A stretch of DNA of 60,064 nt, counting the filler, from Sphacelaria rigidula (taxonomy: Eukaryota), in the NCBI GenBank assembly GCA_964200075.2. It is 8 parts of 8 records of this genome, joined end to end, with 100 filler letters (N's around TTAATTAATTAA, not from the genome) between each part and the next. Parts side by side here need not be neighbours in the genome. Positions count along the whole stretch, not along the records: positions 30,085 to 37,504 come from CAXNAA020015003.1; positions 37,605 to 45,024 come from CAXNAA020015004.1; positions 45,125 to 52,544 come from CAXNAA020015005.1; 5 more parts are not named here. One strand, written 5' to 3'. A program made the position numbers and the translations under genes. How positions within the stretch are numbered: position 1 is the stretch's first letter; every line of letters starts with the position of its first letter. The notes beneath the pieces are model-generated. The model searched no databases. It saw only the letters and a program-made list of their open reading frames with translations, and was not told the DNA's origin. Positions 36,926-50,740 of this stretch are shown here, one piece after another.

Positions 36926-37604
36926 ATATGTAGGATTGTGAACTGGACCAGTGTGTAATGGTGGTTAAACTGGGACTGGTGATGAGGACTCCAGTTTATC
37001 CAGTATATTTTAAGTTTGCCGTTACCAGCTATCTTCATAACATTTTTAGTATGTTGAGTTTATAACAAAGATTCTTGAAGGATGACGAACAAGACGGCAG
37101 TAGAATTGGGGTCTGCACATGACAACAGTACAGGTACAGACAGACAGTACAGTGCAGTACTCGTGGTCACTACACCTCGAAGTGATATTGCGGATATATG
37201 CCAGGTTTGTCGTTTCATAGCACATCTAGAACCAAAAATAGCAAGCAAACGGTGATTCGCGACCACGAAATACGAAGTACACCATGGCTTGCAATCATTC
37301 AAGTGCATGCGTGCTTGTGGGTCCCGACGTGAATCATTTTGCGCTCTTATCCCCGCGTGCTGCTAGCCTTGGCTTGTTTGCATCCTCCTCTCCTCACGGA
37401 GAGTCTACTGCTGCTGCAAAATACAGATGAATGGTTTTTGAATCGCTCACCGCTTTGAATCGGATTAGTGTAATCTGAGAGTGCCCAAAAAACAGTCCGA
37501 GACCNNNNNNNNNNNNNNNNNNNNNNNNNNNNNNNNNNNNNNNNNNNNTTAATTAATTAANNNNNNNNNNNNNNNNNNNNNNNNNNNNNNNNNNNNNNNN
37601 NNNN

Positions 37605-40600
37605 AGAATGCTCAATGAACTGCGACATTGTCAGGGTGACGGACATTTATATGCTTCGAACCCCACTACTGGCAATCGCGCTCCCAATCATACGACGGCA
37701 CCCGTAACCTCTTCGGCACCGATAATATCGCCGGTCGCTCGAGGGGAAAGGGGGTCGTATCTGAAGGAAGTAGGAACGGCCGTGGCCGGTGAAGTGCGTG
37801 GGCATAATAAAAACAACACCGCTTCAGCGCTTGTGTACGCCGGCCCAAAAGCCACATAAACGTCAGCCTGCACAGTTCTTATTGATAGTGGTAGTCCAGC
37901 TACGTTTGTGACACATGTCATGTGGAGGAAGATGTTGTCCCGATTGGGGTGCCGCGGCAGATAGTGTTGGAGAAGTTGGTCCTATTTAATGGGGAGGGTT
38001 TAATGGGATACGTTCGACCACGTCGTCGCGGATCAGGTTGAATATTCTTCTTTCGGCACAAGGCGATGGGCATGCGCATCGCCACCCCGGGGCTGCTCCC
38101 TGTCTTGCTGTAGGTGTCAACGTGGTTCCACATGGCACAATATCATTCGACATTTTAAAGGAAAGAGACGGCTTATCCCAATTTCCCCCACGGAAATTTA
38201 TGAATTTCTCCAACACTGTAGCAATTTTGACCTCAATTCTCACTCCAAACCAGGATCCGTACGGGAAAGTGATCAAAAACGCAATCGGGCTCATTGAACG
38301 AGAACCCGTAGGTGGGGAAGGGGTTGTGGTGTGTTTTAATAGCACCCAGTCACGAATCCTATCCAAGGAACTATCATGGGTGCCCGTGAAGATTGCCAAG
38401 GCTGATGGTACCGAGGCCTAACGTGGTAGCTATCACGTCAGATTTGAGAATGGTTGATCGCCGACTGAAACGATTGTCGACTGAGGCGAGTCAGAAATCC
38501 CGCTGTCGAGGTTTTACTCGGAGGACGTGGTGATGGAACCAGGGATGGTTGTGGGTAAGGCCGGGGGCCCTCTCGAGAAAACTGAGCTAGAGAATGCACA
38601 GATCTCGAAAGTCCACGACTTGCCCTCGATGGAAGTGTTTTCGGTGTTGGGGGAGTCGTCGGAGGTTTCGGAAGAGATGATGAAGCATCTTGATGGTGAA
38701 CGGAGGATGGCATTCAAGCGGTTGTGGGCACGCCTACCCACCCATCTCCTTTGTTGTCAGTCTGGAAGAAAAATACTGGAGTGTAAAAGATATTGATAGT
38801 CTGGCTGATGTGCAATGCAAATATTCTCACCGATATTACAAGGATGAGATGGACATTGGATATCGTACCGTGGATCCTTCTAAAATCGAGCTGAGGCCCG
38901 GAAGTAGGCCTAACGACGAATGACCATATCGCCACAACCTCACGTTGCAGGGAAAAGTTCAAATCGAGTTGGATCGGATGTTAGCTGCCGGCCTCTTCCG
39001 GAAGTCTTCTTCCAATTGATTGTAGTATTCTCCTTCTGGTAGTAAGTAAAAAGGATGGTGGAATTCGCTTGACTCGCAACTACAAAAAGCTTAATGAAGC
39101 GACTGTTACTCCTGCTTTGCCCGTTCCTACTATCGATCAGTTGTTGATTGAAATGGGTGGTTCCAATTTCACGAAGTGAGTTTGGTTCCTGCTCCGGGTA
39201 AAAAGATCGACTAACCGGTTTTTCGCGACTCGATTTTTGCGACTTTTTTTGCTACATTTTCCGATTCCAAAACCCCTACGTATTGATTTCGGTTGTGGGG
39301 GAAAACTTTGTCAAAAAGGAACCAAACGCATCTTGCTCCAAGGGGCACCTGGACACACAGCAGTTGTAGCTGCCTACCTAGTATCATGCTCCAAATCGAA
39401 GTCTTGAGTGAGAACGCCCAGCTTTTGGTGCCCATGTACAAGGATGACAGAGTGAGTTCCGGCTGCCGATTTCTACAACGTCAGTGGTCCACCGCACGCA
39501 TATCTATATGTCGCCATCATGTACAAGGAGGACAGAGTGAGTTCTGGCTACCGATGCCTACAACGACAGTGATCGGCCGCGCGTATATCTACATGTCGCC
39601 ATCATACTGAACTGCGACACAAGACCGGGCGAGGCTGCAAAGGGAAATGTTGTGGACGTGGTGTGGCCAAAAGGAATATCCAATATTGAGGTAGTGGTAG
39701 TTTTCAAAGGAAATCTACTTGAAGCGGTACTTGTTGAGTTGTGTTCAACATGCAGGCGGTACAGTGAGCTAGAGTCACAGCCCGTCACGCAACATGACAC
39801 GGCGCTATCTCGACTCGTTTTTTGCTACATTTTTCCAATCTAAAACCCCTACTTGGTGCCCATGTACGAGGATCACAGAGTGAGTTCCGGCTGACAATGT
39901 CTACAACGACAGTGATCGGCCGCGCGTATCTTCACATGTCACCATCATACCGAACTGCGACACAACACAGGGAGAGATTGCAAAGGGAAATGTTGTGGAC
40001 ATGGTGTGGCCAAAAGGAATATTCAACGTTGAGGTAGTGCCAGTTCTCAAAGGAAGTCCACGTAAAGTGATACTTACTTGTTCAGTTGTTTCAACATACA
40101 GGCAGTACAGACAATACAGACAGTACAGTGCTGGCCTGTACTGTCTGCACAGTATGTGCGTCGGGCCGGTTCATTGCCAACAAATTGCAAAGCGATATCT
40201 GCGAATAATGGTGTGTTGTACGGGAAAAATCACCCGACTCGCCACCTCGCTTGTTCGCCACTCCTTGTCTCTACGGACATGTTCTTCTCTACTTGCTTCG
40301 ACGTACCCCTACCACCTACCGTTTCGGTATACCCTGCGCAGGCGAACGCTGCCGACACGCACGTGCAAAGCAGTACAGCAACTACTTCACAAACACCAAG
40401 GGTCTGTCAAAAATATATTTCGGGACACGTAGGCCTCAAGATCGGAAATTCGAGTTGTTGAGGCGAGAGGGGGGGGGGGGAACCCAGCCCGCTGTCCATC
40501 AGTTTATTGCCGAGGCGTTGGCGAGTGCAATCAGCTGCCGTGTATAGATATCCTTGGCATGGAGACCGCTGAGATGACGGACACACCGCCCCTCCAAGCT

Positions 40601-42610
40601 CATTACCTACTACAAATACATTTATGGCGTCATATTCCGTGTCGTAGGCCTCGACTACCTACCACTAGAAGTCCGGGCAAATTTGGCGAGGCGTGAGATA
40701 ATGTTGCTACTTTGGCTACAGGCTGTCGCCACCGTGCGCTCGTGTATTGTACATAAATGTATGTGAGCGTTGCCGGAATCCGAGTCATCGGGACAGGGCG
40801 GGCAAGGAGCGGAAGCAAATCTCGCAAAGGCCGCCAGAATTTTCTGGTTTTCGTCAGTGTTTGTTGATCGATTCATTTCAACAATTTGAACAAAACAGTA
40901 CAAGAATCACAAATAAATCACAAAACAAAAGTAGGAAATCATGACATTTTTCGAAAAAATGCTTTCCGGGAGGTGGGGAGGGGGGGGGGTTCCGTGTCCG
41001 GAAATTTTCTCTCGACAGACCCTATCAAGCACCGAAATAAAATTTTAATTGGAAGCGCTCTGGGCAAAGGGCAATCTATGCAAAGCAATTAACGTGCCTG
41101 GGCATCTTCTCCGGCTATCATAATATCCCCATGCACCCGAACACGATACGTCTGACAGCTGTCTGCACTCAGCCTGGGCTGTATGAGTGGATGGTCATGC
41201 CCATGGGGTGTAGTTGTAGCCCGGGGTGGTTCACGTTCTCATGGCAAGAGCATGTGAACGTTTGGAGCGATGCCGCTTGTACATCAATGACATTTTCACG
41301 CTCAACAATGATGGCGCGGAAGACGTGGAGAATCTAGCCCGTCTTTTTGAACGTCTGATTCAATTCAATTTGAAGTTGGCACCTAGAAAGGCGCAATTGA
41401 GTGCGAAGGAAAACAAGTTTTCGGGGCACTGGATTTCTGCTGAGGGAATTGCCCCTGACCCGGAAAAGGCTGAGGTGTTGAAACGGATGCGTATGCCCAC
41501 CACCCTGATGCAGCCTCGTTCTCTATTCGGACGTTTCAGCTATTACCGCAATTTTTCACCACGGAGGGTAGCTCTGACAAAGCCGTTGGATTACTTGCTC
41601 GAAAAAGGGGTGGACTTGAACTTCACCGAGGTCCGCACCTCTGTCGTTCAGTCGCGATTGTCAAAATTGGTCAGTCAGTTCAGACGTCCTGGCTTCCCCA
41701 GACTCCGAAGGGGTGGGCTCGGGAGACCGACCGTTCATGTTGGTCCCGGATGCGCCCATCGATGCTTTGTTTGGGTGGAACGGTGGAGCAGCGGCAGAGG
41801 GACGGAGTTGTGCGATCGTTACGTTCTTTCAGCCGTTGTATTCTGCCCTACGAACGTACTCAGATAACCTAGGCTGTTGACAGCGAGTGTGAACAACGAT
41901 GTTTACGTTCACGCGATAACGAACGCAGAAGAAGGGAAACTTTAACGCGGATCACAGCTTTGAGGAGAATCTGTACAGGAAACTAGCGAAGATTGGGCTC
42001 ACCTGCAGGAAGACGGTATTACCTAACGCACGGCCATCCAGTATTTGGAAGACGAAGTGAGTATGCTAACGAAGGAGCAAGAACAACTCGTTTCGAACAA
42101 AGACGACGTGAAACAATTGCGACGTTTACTGAAAGCTGGAGAGCTTGTGGAGTTCTCTGACGGTTTGAAATCATTGGTCAGGAAAGCAACGGTGGATCCC
42201 CCAGGTCGAGGAGGCAATAACCGGGGCATATTTGAACGGTATTCAGGGGAAGAACCAGTCCGAACGTATGCGCCGATCCTAGGGAGACCGTGGGTTTTGG
42301 AACAAGATCACAAAGGAGCGGTCCATTGAGGTGAAAAGGTGACACCGTCACTTTTACAGTGGTTTTACTGGTGGATTGATACGAAAGGCAACGTTAAGTT
42401 CTGGATTAGGAGGTACTACACCTGCCAGAGTAACAAGACAGACCGGAAAACCGTTACGCTGGTCTTTAGTATTCTTACACCTCCCTAGTCGATCTGGACA
42501 AATGGTGAGAATCGTCCTGTTAGGACTGATTCCTAGAAGCGTGAAGGGGGACACCTTTATCTTCTAGTTGTGGATTTGTTCAGTAGGAATGCCGAAGCAT
42601 ACGCCCTAAC
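37605..42610 (+). pseudogene. Degenerate Ty3/gypsy pol (protease-RT-RNase H-integrase)
   Basis: Protease VLIDSGSPATFV (about 37875-37910); RT PYRHN...KKDGGIRLTRNYKKLN (about 38920-39170), resuming as GYHNIPMHP...GLYEWMVMPMG...LYIND (41095-41291); RT thumb/RNase H remnants; integrase remnant VDLFSRNAEAYAL. Many stops and frameshifts. Confidence 0.85.
39174..41091. mobile_element. 1.9-kb insertion splitting the RT domain, with internal duplications
   Basis: RT reads ...GGSNFT | TCLGIFSGYH across the insertion, with ACG duplicated (39171-39173 and 41092-41094). An internal ~85-bp unit occurs at 39434, 39518 and 39861, within a larger duplication. Confidence 0.7.
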
Positions 42611-42999
42611 CGGACTCTCGGTACGCCGGCCGCTTCGTTTTCTAGTGTTGCGAGGTGCGCGTTCGCGGAGTTTACTGCGCGTGCTATCCTACTCTGTGTC
42701 GACATATTTGCCCTGCTTTGGACCCTGCATCCACCGGTTGTGCGTGCGTGCAAGACATGGTGTTGCTATATGTATTGCGGTCGGCGTTGTGTATCAAGAG
42801 TGTCTTATTTTGTCGTTATTTTCCATGACAGAAGTGATGCGTGCTTTCCCGACATCAAGGGGGCTCTTTTCACGACAAACTTCCGTATACACATAGTCAA
42901 GACCGACGAATCAATGTTTTGGATAATTTAGCACGTACGTAGTCGAAACATGCTTTGTTACGTCATGAGCCATCTGAAATCACTTGTTTATCTGTTGGC

Positions 43000-43346
43000 T
43001 TGTGTTGTCGTCCCATCTATTCTGGACGCCGGACTACACCTTTCAGTATATGTGGGTGCACCAGCCGGGGTCACACATGAGAAAGGTCACCACAGGACTT
43101 TTTTCTTGTTTGTTTTCAGTACTCCACCTTCCTTCTGCGGTGCATGCCTTTACTTTTTATCGCGAGAGGGGTTCAGCAGTCCCTTTCCCTCGTCGACCGT
43201 TAAGTGGAATTTTGTGTACCCACGACATAGCCTCTCTCCATTGTTGGGCATGGTGTGAGAAAAAATCCCAGATCGCTCCGAGATTGAAATCCATGACCCA
43301 ACCGTCAGAAGGTTTCGAGGTTACCAACTGAGCCACCGGGGCGACT
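43000..43346 (-). mobile_element. tRNA-derived SINE, family A
   Basis: Minus-strand head GTCGCCCCGGTGGCTCAGTTGG and conserved body. Tail-only fragments also occur at 22564-22637 and 52645-52731. Confidence 0.8.
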
Positions 43347-45354
43347 GTTGGCTTGTGTTGCACGTTTGTTTTTCATCCCACGTTGTTGCATTCTTATTTT
43401 TGCATAGAGGTGCTGGTGTTGGTTTTCATCTTGTCCGCTTGAGCCAGTCGATGCCTAATGCGACTAGAAGTTAAGTTCCACCTGACCCGCTCGTGCCTGC
43501 TGCGCTTACGGCTCCCCCAAGTAACTTTGGTAAATTCGTCGAATTCGCCTGAAACCGAAATACCCTTGCTCAAGGAAGCACGATCACGAGGGCATTTTCG
43601 TGTCGGAATTCGAGGTTGATTATTTGGCTTTACCTCTCCTCAAATTCAAGATTCCAGCGTGCGACTAGGGTACTGGTGGTACATTGCAAAGATGCCTGCA
43701 GGGATGTGACAGATCAGAAGTCCCAAAACGTTCCCTTTGAAGTAAAACATGCACATGCGAAGTCGTTTCCTGAGCCATTGAGTGCACCACATGGAGAGTT
43801 TGCCCACTATGAGTCTGTTTTTCCCCCACACTTGCGCAGAGTGATTCAGCGGATACACTTGTTCGTGAGAGGGAATGATTGGGGTTCATCCTGATGTCTA
43901 ATATATGAGGTCGGCAACGAAGGCGAAAAACTACTCCTTTCCCTACCGACGGAGAGACAACGCCTCCGACGACGATGGAGATTATACCAGCGACACCAGG
44001 CGCCCGTCCGGCAACAACGATGACGGAGGCCTGCCCCACAACTACGGCGGAGTGCTTGACCTCCGTGGGTTGTTGGGGTAATGAAGAGAAGGACGAAGAG
44101 GAAAATTACGATGGGAGCCTAGATTAAAGTCAGTCCCACGATGATTACGAGGAGGAGGATGAAGAATTCGTAGCATTAGGGGTACGTGGGCTCGACATCG
44201 AGGAGGAAGAGGACTAACTTGCACGCCCTCACTTTTAAGCGAGGGTGGGTGCCAACCACCGACGTTTTCACGAGACAATTGCTGGTATGGTGAGGTGGGG
44301 GTCCTTGTGTCTCGGGTCTGACAGCATGCATCGAGGTCATCATATATTGGTTTACCACCCTGCTGCAGTGACACTCGTCCGGTGGAATTCCAGTCATTCG
44401 GAGCCGAACATACAGTACCCGACATAGAGATATCACCGATCTTTCTGCGCGTGGTCTCTGTCGCTGTATTGTCGTCGCATCGTGTGACGTTTGTCATGTT
44501 GGTTTGGGGTATAAAATTCATGCCATCCGACCTCAGTTGGTCTCTTGGTGCAGTGCGGCGCGGGAAATCGTAGTTTTCCCGGGACAAGGCGTCTGTCTTG
44601 CGTCATTTCACGTTCGCCACTCGCCCGACGCCTGTCTCCTCTCTTCGCCCCGTCCTTCACATTGTACTCCCCACAGGTCATGTCTCAGGCCAGTGGCGCG
44701 TTGTCCCTTCGGAACGGGCTGCATGAAGCTGCGTTGTCCGCCGTCATGATGTTCCCTTGATTTTGTGTAGATGGACTTCGTTGCAGCTTGGTTACTGGCG
44801 TTGTCAAGTAATAAACGTCGGCGTGTATCCCCCCGCTACCTTAAACTCGTGCGCGCTGGTATCGTGCTGTGTTGGGGGTGTACTCATGATCATGCTTGCC
44901 ATAGTCATAAGACCACTGACCTCGCATCCCTAAAACGGAGCACGCCGGGTTTTCGCCGGACCAGGCTCGCACTCAATCACCAAGCGCGAAGCGCCGTGGT
45001 GTGTTCGGCGAGTCGCATGAAGGGNNNNNNNNNNNNNNNNNNNNNNNNNNNNNNNNNNNNNNNNNNNNTTAATTAATTAANNNNNNNNNNNNNNNNNNNN
45101 NNNNNNNNNNNNNNNNNNNNNNNNCCAAATTGTGTCGCGTCGTGCAGAACGAAACCGGCTCTAACGGCATTTATGATCATCGCGTCCGTGCACGTTTTTG
45201 GCCGGTTCGGGGGGGGGGCATCTCGGCAGCAGTCTTAGTAGGTGAAGAAATGGAACCATATTTCGAAGATTTGGTGTGGATACGAAGATTTTTTAATTCT
45301 CCGGGTTTCTCATCCTCAATGAAAGATCCATCCCCAATTTGAAGGATCGCGTGT

Positions 45355-47090
45355 TATTCGGCGATGCTTCAAATGCCAAGCTCGAAACCTTCACGGCAGA
45401 CAGTACGCTGGCCCGTCATCTCTATGGGACTCCCCAACGCCCCGGGCCACCTTGTGTTATTTGACTACTTTGGCCCTCTACCGACCACAGGTCGCGGCAA
45501 CACCTACATCTTACTCTTTCACTGACCACTTCAGCCGCCACGCGTCCATGTACGCGGTAACCGCTGCAGATTTCACTGCCGCCGGAACAATATAGTGGTC
45601 CACGACTAGAACAAGCACGACGGCTGCCCAAAACGACTCCTTTCAGACAATGGTCAGCAATTTTGCTTAGACCTCTCTGATGAGGTTTAGAAGCTCCTGG
45701 GCATCCGCAATATTGCCACGAGCGCCTACTACCCGAACGGTAACGATGGTATCCAAAGAGCTAATCACACCATTACCCAGATGCTCTCTATGGTCGTCAA
45801 TGACCGCCAAAATGACTGGGACATACATCTCTCGCACATCGTGTTGTCCTACAACAACTTGGTTAACGCCGCCACAAAGCCTTTCCCCGAACAAACTTCA
45901 TCTTGGACGTTACCCTCGGCTGCCTATCACCGTGTTTTAGCGACACACGTTCGATGGCCACCAAGGATTGGATCAGGATCAGATATCCTATCACGAGCTG
46001 GCGTATTCACGAAAACGCAAAGCGTTTGGCGTCGTGCGCGAAAAACACGCTATCAACGCCTTGCGCCTAGAGGGATCTAACACTGCTCTCTACAACCTGA
46101 TGCACGAACGACCCAACTGGAAAGTTGATGATTGGGTTTGGATCTACAACAGTTTGTCGACCATCCGCCAAGACACTAGCAAGGCAGCTAACGAAACAAC
46201 TTTGAAGAAACAATTACCCCTCAATTGTACAGGAACTTTCAAGATCCTGATAGTCGGACCTTCGCCATCATTACCGGATAATAAACCCGTTGGGGACAAA
46301 CTGTTCTATCTCGATTTGCCTCGCGACCTCCCGGGCGAGGACACTAAAACCCCGCGTCTCCGTGCACAGATGCAAGCCCTGGAGGAACCCGCATGATACT
46401 AGCGACATGCCCAAGTACTTGCCTGCCAGACTCACAAAATATGTTCTCAACAGCTACTCGACCAAGTCCCCGCCCTATCATGTTACAACCGACGACGTGA
46501 TGGAACAGCCCCCCCGATTGACCGTGCCCACCGTCTCCGACCACTAGATCACCCGTGATTGAGGTGGCAAAATTGCTGTCATTTGTAAGACCCACTGGCA
46601 AGGTCTTCGGAGAGCGTCTTGGGAACGCGAATCCGACCTTCAATTGCACCGCCGTGCGATCCTCCTGTACTGGACGCAATCCTAACATCAGCATCTTGCT
46701 CGCAACAAAAAATATCGCAACATACGTCGTGGTGCAGCAGCCTGCGAACTTCACCGCGATCGACGACTACGCTTTGTCGCCGATGACTACGAACTTGTAC
46801 CCACCAAGACTTGTAAGGCGGTTTTCTTCGCAAACCAGCGAATACTACCTAAGGGCAGCTACCTTTGGTTCACAGGCAGCGACAACCTCTGGTGGTTGGG
46901 TCAGACCCACTCCACTAACCTGGTTTCTGCCGACACATACATCGTGCGCTTCATCGACGACACTGGACCCATTCAGCTCAAGCTCCGGCCAATACGATAC
47001 ACCACCAGCCCATCTACCCCACGCGGATCCTGTGTATTAAGCGACTCAAGAGTCAAAAGGACTTCGCCGCGGTATCCATCGCAACGTCGA
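45355..47090 (+). pseudogene. Degenerate Ty3/gypsy integrase and 3' domains
   Basis: Pieces in shifting frames: CFKCQ, DYFGPLPTTGRGNTYILLFTDHFSRHA, SDNGQQF, YYPNGNDGIQRANHTITQMLSMVVNDRQNDWD, a GPY/F-like LNCTGTFKILIVGP and a chromodomain-like HWQGLRRASWERE. Confidence 0.85.
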
Positions 47091-47603
47091 CCACACCCAC
47101 GAGGTCCACGCCCCGCTTTGAACCACACTCCTTCACTGCAACCTTTCTTCCCTTCTTTAGTATTTCGCCCCCCCTTCTTCGCTAGGACCCGACTCTACGA
47201 CATCTGCGACAAGACTACCTACATCGAACGACGATCGAAGACTACTAGGAGCCACCGACCATCTACGACTACTGGAGCCCTAGCATCCCCCTTTAGCTGG
47301 CGCTCGATCTCGTCGGATCACCGATTTGCAGGTTTTGATTGCCTTGCTTCCGACCAACATGCGTTGGTCGCTACTGATCTTGCCGTTTTCTCGTCGGAAT
47401 CCCCCAGGGTAAAAGCTCTGCCCCCTGTTATACCTCCCTGGTTTTTCCCTTCGTTTTGCTAGGACGCCGAAGCAATTTGTGCTTCTTCGTCGATTGCTAG
47501 CACGCAGAAGCATTGTGCGCTCCCTCGTTTCGAAGCAGTTCTTTTTCTCCTCGAAGCAGTATATGCTTCCTCTATTTTTGAGGTGTGGGAGTGGGTACGG
47601 GAG

Positions 47604-48195
47604 TGTTTCCTTAGGTGTACCTTTTTAGCCTCTCATGGCTTTATGAGGAAAGAAAAGCCTTAGTTTTCGCTGCTGTTGAGAATAAATCCTCGCATCTATA
47701 ATAAGGGTTCGTCTGGGTGGGTTAGTCTCATGATGAGGAGCATATTAGCCTGCTATCATCCCGCCTCAGGCACGTCGATGGGTCCAGCTGGATTTTGCAA
47801 TCTAGGCTATATCAAGACTGCAGTTCTGTTTAGAGTTGGTCAGAAACGAGTGTGAGCTTGTATATAGTAGGGATAGTAATGCAGACGGTGATCCTTACTC
47901 TGGCACTACATCTCATCCCAAGCAAGGACGTCTGACATCACGATGAGACTGACTGATTGAGGGTGATATATTGGATACGAAGCAGAGATTAGGATCAAGT
48001 AATCAAGAAGAGATATTATCTACCTACGCGTTGCACCTTGATGCCTTGGGCACATAAATACGAGGGTGGTGCCCGGCGTTGAACACGCTTCAGGGTGCTT
48101 TTGCCTATGGCTCGGTTATCCAGCCTTTTGTCTGGCCCCCTGCCTTGCCTAGTGAGCCTGTGCTTGCCATACACCCGGCACAACCCCACTACACA
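47604..48195 (+). mobile_element. Putative 3' LTR
   Basis: A purine-rich tract GAGGTGTGGGAGTGGGTACGGGAG precedes TGTTTCC...; candidate ...CTACA/CACA end. The boundaries cannot be confirmed. Confidence 0.45.
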
Positions 48196-48899
48196 GATGT
48201 TCTATAGGCGCAACTTTCGAAGGTTGAGTTTTTTTGTACTTTTGACTATTCCCACCGTTTTTCGGGACTGTTATGTTTTTCGGAGAAACATCGATCCAAT
48301 CTGACCTCCGTAAAACGGTAAAAAGTAGATGAAAAAACCTCGTCCATCCAAAGTTGCGTAATGACCCACACGTCGAAGAGGGACGTACGTTGGAGCCAAC
48401 GAAGAGTTCCACGTGCCGTTTTCTAACAAGCTCAATTTCACCCACACGTCAGCCCCTCGCCTATCACTCACTACCCGCCACCTAGTACCTCTCAGCGGAG
48501 CATCCTTCAAAACAGGTGGTAAGTGTGTCGTTTCGTGTAATACTTTGGATGGGCATATATCCCACAGATGAAGGTAACTCACAGTCAAACAAACGTTGTA
48601 CAGTGCTGCTGTTCAAGCGCTTACTTTCTTGATTGACGGATCAAGATCTCCCATCGTGCACAACACGGAGAAAAGGGCAAATCATGTTGTCCCTGCTGTG
48701 TGTCAAGTGGTCCGTTTGACAAAACCACGAGCAACGATCTGCACGATATCATTTTGTGTTGGCTCGCCGCCGGTGGTGCAATGAGCACGAAATGCGAATG
48801 ATTCCGAGATTGCGGCCTACGTGACGGTCTTTGATAAGCCCGCCAGTCACGACTTCTGCTCGTCTCTCTAACTGCGGACGGATATTCATCGATAGGTGA

Positions 48900-50740
48900 C
48901 GTGTGTAGATGAGCGAGATATCGTACTGGATATAATGTGCGTGAGTATATGTGTTATTATCGGAGTCGGCGCCTGCACAGGACCAACAAGCAACATGCAT
49001 GGTACTGTCCGCACCTGCCACGATATCATGTGTTGTTTTCCCGCAGGTGACGCAAGCGCGAGATGTAAATGATTCCACATGGGTAAGACACGGCCTCAGC
49101 GATTGTGTATGCGGACCGCGTTTTACGTGGACATTATGCACTCCACAGGTATGAGGCATTTCTACTGTCGTTGTACTGCATCCTTGATCATGGAGACGGA
49201 GTGATTTCTTGCTGCACGTGTTGACGGCTTCTTGATATGATGCGCGTGTCACTGCACAGTCTTGTGGTGTGCTGTAGCATGTGAAGGCGGTTTGATCTGC
49301 GTTGAGGATAGCCTCGAATGCTGTACTGTTTTTGTGTCCCGTCGTGTACAAATGGGAGGGAGCAAAACGCTGTTGACACCATGTTGGAAAAACTAGCTGT
49401 AATGTCCTACCCGCGTGCTGTTCGTCGTACATGTGCATAAGTCCTGGGTCGCACGAACTTCGGTACAGTATGTACGTACACCTTCAACCCGACGCCATGA
49501 CAGTAGAGTTGACCGGGGTAGTATGTTCTTGGTTGGTATTTCGATTTGAGTGTGGACAGTGATGATTGGATCTTCAGTGGGGGCGACAGTCCCGTGTAGT
49601 CCTCGCGTGCCCAGAACGCGTCTTCGTTCAAACCAGCACCGCGGGCGCCGATTTGGGGTCCACCAAGGCCGCACTTGGGCTAAGGAACGCCATGTACCTC
49701 CCTTGCCCGAGGGATCTCGGTTTGCCTTGGATTGGGCTAAGGTTAGGGGTAGCGATAGTTGTGAAATGCGTCAACATGAAATGTGTTTTCCGGCCCTCGT
49801 TCACAATCGCGGCAGCCTGCCCATTTTGAGATATCCTTATTCTACCCGTTTTGCTACTTCTGCCGATTCGAGTCCTTTTCTCGACATAGCTTTATTTAAA
49901 CGGGGGGGCTGCTGACGACTCTAGTACATGACGGGGCTACAACTCCAGATATTGTATATAGGATGGTTGCTTCCACCAGTGCATGTACTATTTCATGATA
50001 CGTGGCAACCCCTGACGATCGTACCAACACGCACTGCGTGTAACTGAGCTCTGAGCACTCGCACCCGTACCTCATGCGCACCGTCTCTTTCCCTCCGCTG
50101 TCGCGGGCACTTTCTCCATGAACAAGACACACCTCCCCGACGAAGACACGATCAAGCTCGACAAGGCTTCGGAGAATGTCGTGTTTGATGTCGCCGGGAT
50201 CGAGCCTGCCTAGCCGCTCGACAGGAGCAGTCCACGTCTTTTCGATCGTGAGTACCCGCGTAGTGTTGAACGTGTTGGTATCGTCCTCGTGTGGTGCCAA
50301 GTGGACGGATACGTTTGACCGCGTCATGAGAAGCATCATCCCCACACGGGACAGATGCACGTCCTGTTTGCGCGAGTTTCTAATTTGTAGTTGTTGACAT
50401 TGGCCCAGCTGTATTGAAGCGTCTGATTCATCGACTGTCGCCAGCCCCATTAAATCCTGCGATCACCCGCGCCCTTCAACGCTACCCCCGATTATTCATT
50501 TCTGCAGTATCATGCAGAAGACGTGAAAGGCGTATCTGTTCTAAATGTCGACGTTCAGCGTGGCATCAAAGTGCGCAGAGTCAGCGATTTGTGTAGGCCA
50601 CGTACCGTTCCTCGAGGAGGGGAGCACGGATGGGGTAGAGATGGAGCTGCACCGCTACATGCCGGAAAAATGTGATCCCGATGTTCCCCACTCCCAAATA
50701 CGGAGGAGGTGGAGCAGGAGCTGTGGTCTCGAAGTCTACC
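48900..50740 (-). pseudogene. Degenerate intron-containing gene of unknown family (possibly a transposon accessory ORF)
   Basis: Exon-like blocks with splice-like borders (e.g. CAG|DVHLSRVG...KETVRM|GTACGG at about 50363-50071) and a Cys/His-rich end (CVTCGKTTH...HVACWSC). One in-frame stop and one phase mismatch. Confidence 0.3.

Noticed and set aside
43600-44760. Minus-strand gag-like remnant
   Set aside because: Pro/Arg-rich frames, but no intact CCHC knuckle or other diagnostic motif.
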